Source of the DNA: Schizochytrium sp. TIO01 | Lineage: Eukaryota > Protista > Bigyra: Labyrinthulomycetes | Assembly (NCBI GenBank): GCA_004764695.1 | Contig: SMSO01000008.1 | Coordinates: 310,001-374,000, forward strand | Length of the DNA stretch: 64,000 nucleotides | Reading direction: 5' to 3' | Shown here: piece by piece, positions 45,176 to 56,516 of the stretch | Position numbering within the stretch: position 1 is the first letter of the stretch | Layout: each line of letters starts with the position of its first letter | The notes under the pieces: model-generated | The model's database searches: none | The model's input: only the letters and a program-made list of their open reading frames with translations | Told to the model about the DNA's origin: nothing | Translations under genes and position numbers: made by a program

Positions 45176-46729
45176 ATGGATGCGCTGGATGAGCTTTGGG
45201 AACCCGATCTGGGGTTTGAGGACCTCGCGTGGCTGCGTGCAGCGCCACAGGCCCGGTCCGAGCCCCGCGTGAGCGTCGGGAGATCATGTATTCGGATCCA
45301 GGCTGATGACGACTACGATGAGGATCACATGTACGAACAAAACAAAGTTCAAGGCGCCGCGTTCTCAGGCAATAGAGAATATGGAAGTTTTCCGATGTTT
45401 CGTGTCGACGCCCATATGCGTGGCAATGAAGTTACGTTTAATGGTCGTTTTGGAGATGTTTTCGTGTCCGCTCAAGGTGAAGTGCCAAGGTACAGGCCGA
45501 CAACACTTGCCGAGAGAGCTGAGGCTGTACAAAGGAAACGTCTCGAAGTAACACAAACACCAGAACCTATGGGAGTTAATATACGTAATGCAGAGGCATG
45601 CCGCAAAAATAGGCTCAAGCGGAAAGCAGATGAGGAGAACTTGCGAAAACGGAACGAAGAGCTTGAGGAGAACCGTGGTTTCTTTTTGGAACGAATCGCC
45701 GAACTGCAATACCAGGTCGACGCCTTGCAAATGGCAGGATCTATTGACTTACGTAAGGAGAATGAACTTTTGAGGATTGAGATCAGCAAGCACAAGGCTT
45801 ACTTAGATGATATGGTCAAGGCTGTCAAGAGACACCCGAAAATTTTGCTAGAGGAACGTGCGAGATTGCTTAAGACATGCCTTGATAATTCTGTAGCACA
45901 CGTGGTTGGACTTGCGCATCGGTCTACATCATGGCGCCATTTGCATACAACACGGCGTGGAGAGTTCAGTATGCGCACGCATTATGACGTGTACCCGAAA
46001 AATGTGCCGTTCGGTGAGATCAAAAGAATTAATATTCGCTCGGAGCTATTGAACGCGCCTGCACCTGCTGGAGTTTTTCATAAGTTTGTCAGAACTATGT
46101 GGCAGGACAAAGAGAGAATACGCAAATTCAAGGAGGCCATGTCGTCCCTGAACGATGTAGACTGGGAAATTGATGAATTCAGATCGCCAGAGCTTGACGA
46201 GACACTTTCTTGTTTTCCGCCTGAAGACCAGGTTCAATTGGCTTTATGTACCGAAATGGAAAACAACATCGTGCGTTTGAAAACGACTATGTCAGCGTGC
46301 ACAGCCCACCAAAATCTGGTTCCACAAGCACTCTTTGCAAATGACGACTCAGATCCTGAGAGAGAAAGGACCCTATCAAATATGCCAGATGTTGCTATTC
46401 CAGTTCATATCTATACCGTGACAAATTGTGACGAAGAGCTGGCGCAAGCGAAGATCATTACTGGGCATAGTTCCTCTGAACGGTTTAAGGTCACAAACGG
46501 TCATGTTGTTCTGCCAAATGAGAAGGATCCTAATTCATGTCATGTAGTAGCTGTCTCATCTATTCCGATCGGACACTTCCTACCGCTGCGTACGCCGCAT
46601 GATATGATGACAGATGACGGGGTTCTGACTGAGAAGTATATCAATATGCTGAACGCACAGCTCGAGTTTCTAGCTGAAGAGGCTACTGCCTTCTGTGAAG
46701 CAACTGTGTACGCCACAAGCCTTGAATAA
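45176..46729 (+). CDS. bZIP + C-terminal (START-like) domain protein, paralog H
   Basis: ATG in GCCACCATGG context, with an N-terminus homologous to F and G. NAEACRKNRLKRKADEENL (~45587), GHVVLPNEKDPNSCHVVAVSSIPIG. Confidence 0.9.
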   Translation: MDALDELWEPDLGFEDLAWLRAAPQARSEPRVSVGRSCIRIQADDDYDEDHMYEQNKVQGAAFSGNREYGSFPMFRVDAHMRGNEVTFNGRFGDVFVSAQGEVPRYRPTTLAERAEAVQRKRLEVTQTPEPMGVNIRNAEACRKNRLKRKADEENLRKRNEELEENRGFFLERIAELQYQVDALQMAGSIDLRKENELLRIEISKHKAYLDDMVKAVKRHPKILLEERARLLKTCLDNSVAHVVGLAHRSTSWRHLHTTRRGEFSMRTHYDVYPKNVPFGEIKRINIRSELLNAPAPAGVFHKFVRTMWQDKERIRKFKEAMSSLNDVDWEIDEFRSPELDETLSCFPPEDQVQLALCTEMENNIVRLKTTMSACTAHQNLVPQALFANDDSDPERERTLSNMPDVAIPVHIYTVTNCDEELAQAKIITGHSSSERFKVTNGHVVLPNEKDPNSCHVVAVSSIPIGHFLPLRTPHDMMTDDGVLTEKYINMLNAQLEFLAEEATAFCEATVYATSLE

Positions 46730-47066
46730 TTTGGATCTTCTAGTTGCAGATTTCGTGCTGATATTCTATTCCTTATGGACTGTCCTACTCTCGAAGCGAC
46801 ATTTCAAAAAATTAAATGATGGACATAGTAAAGGGGTACGAGAGTGATGTGTTTTCTTCTTCATTATCTGCCTAGTTTCATCTAGAGATCATATGGTTGC
46901 TTAATACAATGTCGGAAGACTACATTGCACTAGCACTCAACTTGAGTTTGTCCAGCCCTGAGGATACAATGGATTTTGAGTAGACCTAGGTGAGGCGCAT
47001 CTTTAGGCGTCTCAGCATGGCAGTCACAGACTGCCAGAGTTGCGGTGAGAGATTATAGTGAGGTCA

Positions 47067-47418
47067 ATTCGCGTTTGGAAGTATTCTTTCTAAGTTTCGC
47101 TATTACTTCTAGATCATTATGTATATCTATATATTAATATTTGTAATCTAGACCAGATTTCTTTTTGAGCTGTATGGCTGTCTTCTAGCTTTCAATCTAC
47201 ATCTTAGGAACGATCATTGCAGTGAAATCCATTCGCGTTTGGAAGTGTTCTTTCTAAGTTTCTCTATTACTTCTAAATCATCATGTCATTATATATTATT
47301 TATTTATATAATTTTATTATTATATATTTTTTGGTAATCTACTACTAGTAGATTAGATTTCTTCTTGAGCTGTATGGCTGTCTTGCAGGTACCAATCTAC
47401 ATCTTAGGAATGATCATT
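47067..47418 (+). repeat. Imperfect tandem direct duplication (~150-190 bp units)
   Basis: ATTCGCGTTTGGAAGT.TTCTTTCTAAGTTTC.CTATTACTTCTA...AGATTTCTT.TTGAGCTGTATGGCTGTCTT...CAATCTACATCTTAGGAA.GATCATT occurs at ~47067-47218 and ~47231-47418. Confidence 0.9.
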
Positions 47419-48731
47419 CGTTGAATTTTTCTTATCTACATCGCTGGCGTATGGACCTCATCTCGTCATTTCTAGTAGCCAAAACATTCAGTGCTTGCAT
47501 ACAGATGGCCAAGTCTCTTTACCTCAAACATGAAAGCGTGTGCATATGACAGACACGTTCGAGCTTGTCTCTATGCTTGCGACAGCTTGATGAAACTACT
47601 CGCGTTACTTAGCGCGAGGTCGAAAACATCGAGTCTCAATACAAGAGCTTGTTCAGTTCAGTCTAGTAATGACATTGCTCCTCTCAATGGCACCGCAGAC
47701 GGTCTATCTATGTCCACCCGAGCTCGTCATCAACGTGAGCAGAGCATTCCATGCAAACAACTCGAACTAGGAGGAACAAGCATGAGAGTGCGAGATTTTT
47801 TTTTGTACCTTTATTTAGGGCCGCCGAGCGCGTGCACAACCACGTGCGAATTCATTCAACCCGTTCTCTTCCGTGCATTCTCCTGCAGCTGATTCTAGTG
47901 GGCAGGCAGGCACATACATGAGATCATCTCGTCACCCCCCCCCCCAAAAGAGCTCTTGTCGCACCTCCAGCTCGCTGCCCACCATCCACTCCAGCTTTGC
48001 CATCGCCCAATCCACCACCAACTTAGTCCAAACTTTCTACTACAGCTCACAGCCTGTACAGTGTGCGCCCTTACGACATACCTAACCTAAACCATAGCAC
48101 TCGGCCTTCATCTGTTGCATCCTTCGTAGCTCCTACCGTTGTCCATAGCCATACTGACTAGCAGTCACCTTAGCACTTGGCTACCTGTGACTAGCCCAAC
48201 TGGGAGATTCATGGGTACTATCTATGAGTACCCAAACTGGGTACCGATGGGAGCGAGAGGAGCCACTTAGCTACCGCGGTCCCTGAACGCTAAGAAAGAG
48301 GAAAGACCTTTGATGAGAATGAATGATTCAATCAATCAATGTCAATGAATGAATGAATGAATGAATGAATGATCGATTGATTGAATGAAGGAATGAAGGA
48401 CTGAATGAATGATTCAACCTATGAATGTCAATGAATGAATGAATGAATGATTCAATCAATTAATGTCAATGAATGAATGAATGAATAAATGGAATGAATG
48501 AAGGAGCCAATCCACCCCTGCCTCTTCAAGAAGGGCGTGAGGAAAGCCATAGGCCAGGCAAGGAGCTGGGGCAGCGCCCGTCGCGTGGCCCTGTCTGTGC
48601 CAGCTTCCCGGCAGAGGCCCGTGCTGAGGAGCGTGCACAGGTCTTGGCACTAGGTAGTAGAAGGAGTTCACTTCTTCTTCTTCTTCTTCTTCTTCGATTC
48701 TCATTGATGTCACGGTATGAATGTCATTTGA

Positions 48732-48733
<2 letters not shown>

Positions 48734-48779
<46 letters not shown>
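48734..48779. repeat. poly(T) homopolymer, ~46 nt
   Basis: Read directly. Confidence 0.9.
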
Positions 48780-51700
48780 CCGACGGCCTGTCTGTCTGTC
48801 TCTAGTCTATGCTAAAGCTAGCTAGTAGGCAGGCCGTTTTCTTTCTCTTTTTCTATCTCTTTCTGCGAATCTTTTAAAAGAGATAAAATTGAAGTAAAAT
48901 GATCTTTCATGCTTGCCTGTCGTTTGCAAGTAGAAAGTTAATAAAAATAAATAAAAGTAATTTTTAATGTAAATTTATTTAAAACTCATCAGTACTGCTT
49001 TCTCCAACCGAAAAAAATAAAATAAAATAGATACAAAGACAACTTGCGATGAGCCCTAAGTTCTTCGAACATGAATAAAAAAATACATTAAGAGGGCCAT
49101 CCTCTGCATAAATCATCGCCCGGGCCACGGACGAGCTTCTTCAAAGGCCCCCAAGCACGAAAATCCAAGCGTCTCATTTCAATCTCGAAGAAAAACTGAG
49201 TTTCCTGACGTTCAACTTCAAATAATCGCGCCCCGAAAGGCCTCGAAGGCCTGCAGAGCGCTCAAATCGCAGCTCTGAGTATCTATCTGCCAATCGATCT
49301 GTTCGTCTATCTACCTCAGAAGCGAACGTCGGAACTCGCCTTCATCGCGAAACAATCGACGATAATCTCATAACCCACGCAGAAATCTCGAGGAAATCTT
49401 GCAGCGAGCCAAGCTCGCAGATCTATCAGATGCAAAGGGGCCCGTCGCAGCAAAAGAGTTCCCTGACTCCGCCGTCGAAACCGGTGCCGCGGGAATCGAT
49501 CCGCGGCCGAGCCACTCGCTTCGACGAACTGTCCAGCCGGAGCCAATTCTGAGGAATCGAACGTGAAATGTCGGTCGCCGTATCAAGAATTCCCAAGCTC
49601 TTGAACCTGCAAAACCCGGGGGTTCCAGGGTTACGCAGAAGGACCCCGCGCTCGCTCTTGGTTGCGTGTGCATGCCGCAAATCGAAGTCATTGAACAATG
49701 TCAGAGGGACATGCATGTTCTGCTGGAGATCTTGAACGATGCAGAGGTGGTCTGCGGGAGATCAAATCAGGAGCGGGCCGCTGGGAAGACGCTCCGCAGC
49801 CATGTTTGTGCGGACCCCGAACGTCATATGACGATTTTGAAGAAACCAATTCACGTGCCATGACATGACATGGCATGAGATGAGATGTTCTCTTTTCTCT
49901 TTTCTTTCCAAGCTCCAGTTTAATTTTAAAATCCAAAAAGTACGCTTTCCAAGGAAGGAGATTTCAAAAGTTTTTAGAAACTTAAAAAACAAAAAAAAAC
50001 AGATGCCATCATTTAAAATAAAAATAAAAATGAAAATAAAAATAAAAATAAAAATTATAACTATAACTATATATTTCTTTATATACAGAGTGAACAACAG
50101 ACAACAAGCGAAAAATAATCAGTAACAAAACGTTGGTGAGAGTCTCCTCGCACTTGACGAGAACATCATACATCCATCAGAATATGGGCAGACATCGAAA
50201 GTTTTGCCTCCGCCCGCTTCGAGAGGACCGTTGTTTCCTTGAGCGTTTCCCAAATCTCTCTCATCCTGAGCTGAGTTTTCAATTAAACTACATATTCTCT
50301 TTCCCTCGCTTCCAGAATCCATCGTTCAACGCCTTCTCCTCGCAACCTTGTCATTCATTCCAATGCGGGAGGAGAGGGAGCGGTGCCCACTCGCCCCCCA
50401 CACCACCTTTGATTCGGGGGTATCCAAAGCAATATGCGCGTGCCGACGGGCACCTTCGTCGCTCGCTGTGGTAGGTGTCTTCCACCGCCAGGACGATGGA
50501 GGACCCACAGTGACCTTCCGAGGAAGGGGTTCTGCCTGTGCTGAGCGCTCTTCCCCCCAGACAGAGCGGCACTTCATTTCTGCTATTTACTACTTCATCT
50601 TCATCAATTAATCGCTTTATTTTCAAGTTTAGTTTACTGATTTATACACCATGATATACATTTATTTGCTTATGCATGTGCTCTGAAAAGTCAAAATCCA
50701 AACAAAACTACGCGTGTGTGTGTATATCTTCTATCTATCGATCTACCTATCGATCTATCACCGTAGTAGGTCTCTCCGCGCAGATTCGGCGCATGGCAGG
50801 AACAGCTTTCGAGAGCTCTGAAGAAAGAAGGGGAAAGAGACAAAGACCGTCCCTGTGCCGAACCCTCTCTCCAACCTCAGCAGGTGCTTCAGGTGGGAGC
50901 TCTGATGGTCCATCGTTCCACTGACTGCATCAAGAGAACGAGCGACTCATCGAGTGAGTGATTGATTGACTGAGTGATTGATTGATCGATCGAATGACAG
51001 ACAGACAGAGTGACTGAGCGAAAGCAAGAATAAAGAAACTTAAAACAGACGGACGCAGCGAGTCTTTCTTTCTCTTTTTCTTTCTTTCTTTCTGTATAGT
51101 TCTTTCTAGATCTTTCTAGATCTTTCTAGCTAGCGATCTTTCCTCCTCACTTGATTGCCCCGCAGGCGCCTAGCGGGCAGGTAGCGACTGGTAGCGGGTC
51201 GAAAAGGCGTTGCGCACCTCGCGAGATTGAGTCGGGGACAGGATAGAAGAAGCAAGCAGCTCCGCAGAGAGGACCCTGAGCCCCTTCAGAAGCTAAGCTT
51301 AGCTTGGCTCAGCTCTGCTTTTCAAAGCAAGCTCAGCGAAGACCCTTCAGGAAGAAAGACGCGGCGCCTGAGAAATCCTCCGCAAAGGCACCCACCGATG
51401 CAGGAGTTTCTTTTTTTCTTTCTTTTTTTCTTTCTTTCTTTCTTTCTTTCTTTCCTTCCTTCCTTCTGCTCGAGAGAAAAATGCGCTCATTTCGTGCTCT
51501 TCCCCCATACAAAGGCAGGCCCCCCTTTCTTTGTCGGCGAGAAGCCGTGAACGCAAAGCGGGAAAGGACCTCTTTCGCGTGGCGGAATCTGCGATCGAGG
51601 TTCGACCCCAATGTACGTGTTGGCTTTTCAATTTCAATAGTTATTTATTCAACATAAATAATTTTAAAAAGAAAGAGAAAAGAAAAAGAGCAGGACAGCT

Positions 51701-51903
51701 CTAGTTTTCCGTCTTTGTCTTTGATTTCCTTTTCTAATCAAATAAACCAAACAAAAAAAGGCAAAGCAAGATTCGCAAGATTGCATTGGAGGCACCTCCA
51801 CGAAGTAACCCGGCTCTCCAGCAGGTAGAGGAGGCGAGGCAGGCGCTTCGGACGCTCTCCAGAGACAGATTCCTCAACGCCCGCGCGGCGATCCCAGAAC
51901 TGG

Positions 51904-52036
<133 letters not shown>

Positions 52037-52425
52037 TTCATAATGGAGTTGTGAGACCTCTCAACTATGGTGGAAAGGGGGAAAAGCTCTGCGTTGATGT
52101 GTGGAAGCAGCTTTGAGAGAGCTTTTGGTGCACACTCTCAATGAATGAACCAGAGGATGGAAGCATCGATGGATCAATCGATGGTGCAATCGCTCACGAA
52201 GGCAGACGAGGCAGACGGACAATTGGGTGGATGGACGAGAGGCGGGTGGATGAAGAAACCTGCACACGGTGCGAGAGATGGAAAGAGCACTGTCGCAGTC
52301 GGTTTGCTGATTTATTTCATTCATTTTCATTCATGCAGTCGCTGGTTCTACTCTGTCAGTTATAGGGCACCAGGTACTAGTAGTCAGAGGTAACGAGCTG
52401 ACGTCTTTTAGCTACTTTGGTAGAG

Positions 52426-52671
52426 AAACAAACAAACAAACAAACAAACAAACAAACAAACAAACAAACAAACAAACAAACAAACAAACAAACAAACAAA
52501 CAAACAAACAAACAAACAAACAAACAAACAAACAAACAAACAAACAAACAAACAAATAAACAAACAAACAAACAAACAAACAAACAAACAAACAAACAAA
52601 CAAACAAACAAACAAACAAACAAACAAACAAACAAACAAACAAACAAACAAATAAACAAACAAACAAACAA
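52426..52671. repeat. (AAAC)n microsatellite, ~61 units
   Basis: Read directly; two AAAT variants at ~52557 and ~52653. Confidence 0.95.
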
Positions 52672-54805
52672 TCACCTCTTACTGCTGCTTTAGATTTTCG
52701 TACTCTTAACATTTCTATATTTTTATTTTATTTTATCTTTTAAAGCTGTGTTCAATTAAGCAGTTAAACAATGAAGCTCTAAAAATAATAATCACTCCGA
52801 AGATTGGAAGTGAACAAATATGGAAAATCGAGCGAAGGTCTGTGAAAAAGCAATAATGCGGGGAAAGCGAAATGACAGACAGAAGGATCGAACGGCCAAG
52901 AGAAGGCTTCGAGGAGGAGGCCTCGAGCGCAGCGCTGTTATTCGTAGAAGCTCAGTGAGCGGCGCTGCTTTGGCCTATCTAAAACAGGAACTCGCGCCTA
53001 CCTCTTCATGCACGTAAAGGCAGGTTTCTAAAGAGGAGGCTCATCGACGAAGAGACGCCGTGAAAGCGATCGGAGGTCCTCTGCTCATTTTTGGTACCTC
53101 TGCGCCTGATTATTATTTCTCATTTATTTTATTTTATTTTACTTTATTTATTTATTTGCGTATTTATTCGCGTGGTTTTACAGTCGCTCCCGCATACTCT
53201 AAACCAAACTTGAAGAACTGCTCCAATTGTTGACTAAAATGGCAATAAATAATAGAACCTCAGTTCAACATAGGACACTGGCGAAGAGAAAAAGGAACGG
53301 CTCCGTAGTTAGGCAGGAGCTATATAGGGCTTATGAAAAGAGAGAAAAGAGAAGAGAAAGATAGGCCACCTCAGCGTGAATTTCTTTGGCAAGACTGTGT
53401 GTGCTCTTGAAATATCCCCTCTCGAGCCGCGGGCCCTGTTTCCGGAGGCAGGGAGGCTCTTCGAGGCCCCGTGCCTTCGAAAGCTTGCCCATTGCCTGAT
53501 ACTTCTGTTGGCCTTCTTCGCTCCTCAAAGTTCAAGTTTACGCATCAAGACTGTCTATCCTTCTATTCCACTTGGCTGTTCATTATTATTTTACAACTAA
53601 AAGAGAAGATCGAGAGATTGGAAAATTATATATAACTTTTGAAAGTGAAGAAACGTAGGCCATTCATGCATTCATTCATTCATTCATTCATTCATTCACT
53701 CCAACCAATAGAAGGCTGAGAGATTGCAAAATGCGAAGCAACTCGAAAGAAAAGTAGAGCTTACTTGAATAGTTTGGCTTCTGGTTGGACGATACGCGCG
53801 CCTACGCAGGTGCTAGCCAGTTAGAATCCGCCGCTTTCCTCAGCACAGGTGCGCGATATGGCGAAAGCAGCGGAAAAGTTATTGGAAGATCTAGCCGGGG
53901 GAAGCAAGATAGATAGATAGATAGATAGATAGATGAATTTCTTTCCCTCCTTCCACTCAAACAAAGGCGCTGCGAGTCAATCAATCGATCGATCGATCGA
54001 TCATTGGACTCCGTCTCTGAGAAAATGCACGCTTTGGGCTCCTTCTGTTGGTACTTGTGTTCTGCGAAGTCTCGAGCTTCAAACAGCCCAATGCCAACCA
54101 AGATCTGCATGCATTCGATGCCTTGCGTGCATCCATCCACTCGTCTCGAGACGGCGCAGAGCGAGCGAGCGAGGGAGAGAGCGAGAGAGCCAAGGCAGAG
54201 CTGCACTGGCACTGGGACTCGAACCGGTTCTACTCGCTTGGGGTCGAGATCGAGATCGACGTCGAGATTGAAATTGCGAAGGTTGGAATTCATCGCGATT
54301 CGCCCAAAACTAAGCAAACAACGAACGAACTAACTAACTAACCGACTGATTGACTGATTGACTGACCGACTGACTGACCGACTGACTTGCTGGATGGCTC
54401 CCGCTGCAGCAGCTTCCGCCGCAACCTGAGCTCCCGCCCTCGCAAGCGCCTGCGAGAGCCAAGGCGTCTTGGCTTCGCTCGCGCTTGTCTGTCTGAGCCA
54501 AGGTCTTTGGCGGAGTCCACACAGAAGAAGCAGAAGAACCAATCTCGCGCGTCTTTTGCATGTGCGTAGGTAGCCGCTAAGCACTCCTAGGCGTGCATTA
54601 TATGCATGCGCACGTGGGAACGAAAAGGCCATCATCGATCATGGCGGCGAGAATATGAGATAGAGACAGAGACAAAAAGGCCTCGCGAAGGCGTCCTCTC
54701 CGCCCAAGGATCCCAACCGAAGGCCACGCAGCGAAGGCCGCCTCTGCCCGGCTCCTCTCCTCTCGCGATCTCCATCTGCGTCGATTGGTGCGAAGGTAAA
54801 GGTGG

Positions 54806-54826
54806 GAGAAGAGAAGAGAAGAGAAG

Positions 54827-54913
<87 letters not shown>

Positions 54914-54916
54914 AAA
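54806..54916. repeat. (GAGAA)n + (AAAG)n compound microsatellite
   Basis: Read directly. Confidence 0.95.
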
Positions 54917-55273
54917 GAGGCTCTTCGAAAGGAGAGATCACATTCATTTGAGCGCTTATTGCGCATGGCAGAAGGACACGGAGAGAAAGGGAGGCTTGGA
55001 GAGGAAGGGAAAGAAGGATGCACGGTAAGCAGGCGACTTGCTGGCTGGCTGGCTGATCAAACGAAGGGCGGTCAGCGAATGCCGGTGTAGGCTCCCTTTG
55101 TTTCTTTGCGGACTGCAGCGCTCCGGAGGAAACGGGGTCGATGCAAGTACGGTCTTGCTTGTTTCTTCATTTCTTCATTTCTTCATCTATCTATTCATTC
55201 ATTCATTCATTCATTCATAAATTCATTAACTAACTCATTCTTTTTCATTCATAAATTCATTCACTCATCAATG

Positions 55274-55313
55274 TGATTGATTGATTGATTGATTGATTGA
55301 AGCTGTTTGTTTG

Positions 55314-55350
<37 letters not shown>

Positions 55351-55352
55351 CT
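55274..55352. repeat. (TTGA)n/(TTTG)n compound microsatellite
   Basis: Read directly. Confidence 0.9.
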
Positions 55353-56106
55353 AATTGGTTGATTGCCGACTTGACTCGACTTCGGCGAGGCCCTTGGCGG
55401 AAGAGGTCTCGTCTCCTCTGCGAAGCCCCTGGAACTCGAGCCGCCTGGGATCGCGAAGGATCAATTGGAAGTCGTTCGGAATGCATTGTATGTTTTGTTG
55501 GCTTTTTTCTTTGGTTTCATATATTTTAATTCTACTTGTTAAAAAACAAAAATAAAGTTTTAGAATGCAGGTAATTGAAGTTGAAATTGAAAGTTTGAGG
55601 TATACATGCGTGAATGGAGTGGAACAGAGGGATAAGGAGAAGAGAGAGTCCGTTTCGCTCGAATGCGGTTCGTAACAATCGCACAGTTCTCATGGAATAA
55701 GGGGGGTCCATATTCTGGGCCCTTCGCGTGGAGGCAGAAAGTTCTTCGGGTCCGCTTCCCCCTTTTTTAATCGAAAGAATGAAAGACAATTGAAACTTTT
55801 AAATGAAAAGGTAAATTGTAAAATATTTAATAAATATATATATATTGAAAAAGAAAAGAAAAAGAGACGCACTCATTCGCTTCTTCCGCTCGTCGATATC
55901 TGACCTGCTCATGAATACTTACACAACTACTACCTGCTATTTTAAAGTTAAAAACAGAACAGATTCATTGATTTGTTTATTTATTTTAAAGTTTGAAAAG
56001 AGAGAGTAAATGAAAACAGAGTGGGCACCGCCGTACCAAAAAAGCCTACCGACGGACTAACTAGAGATGTGCATGAAAATAATATTTCATTTAATTTTAT
56101 TCAATT

Positions 56107-56107
<1 letters not shown>

Positions 56108-56146
<39 letters not shown>
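56108..56146. repeat. (AAT)n microsatellite
   Basis: Read directly. Confidence 0.9.
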
Positions 56147-56415
56147 GAAGTAAATGGTTATTGCTTTCGAGTCTTATCTGTACATTAGAGTTGCTTTTCA
56201 AACATAAATAACGAATCTCAAGTTAGCTATTGATTGGAAAAAAGGTGAAAAAGGAGGTACCTGCATACTTACAGAAAAAAGGAGCGTAGGTAAGATTCCA
56301 CTAATGGGGAGACAGAGTATATACTATAGACTCAGCTTTCTATTTTTTTTTTTCTCTGAGTTAGTTTCATGTTAATTTAAATCTATAAATACATTTTTGT
56401 ACATATCAATCGCAG

Positions 56416-56453
<38 letters not shown>

Positions 56454-56516
56454 GGAGAAGAAGAGGGGACGAGAGAGCGAAGCAATTCCGCTCCACCTCA
56501 AGTCGGTGCGTGGGCG

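Noticed and set aside
35045-46729. Aureochrome (bZIP-LOV) identity
   Set aside because: No GxNCRFLQG LOV motif is present, and the C-terminal domain is much longer than a LOV domain.
52377-52743. ORFs with QTNK/LFVC repeats (and similar SFIH, KKER and NQSI ORFs elsewhere)
   Set aside because: They are translations of tetranucleotide microsatellites, not genes.
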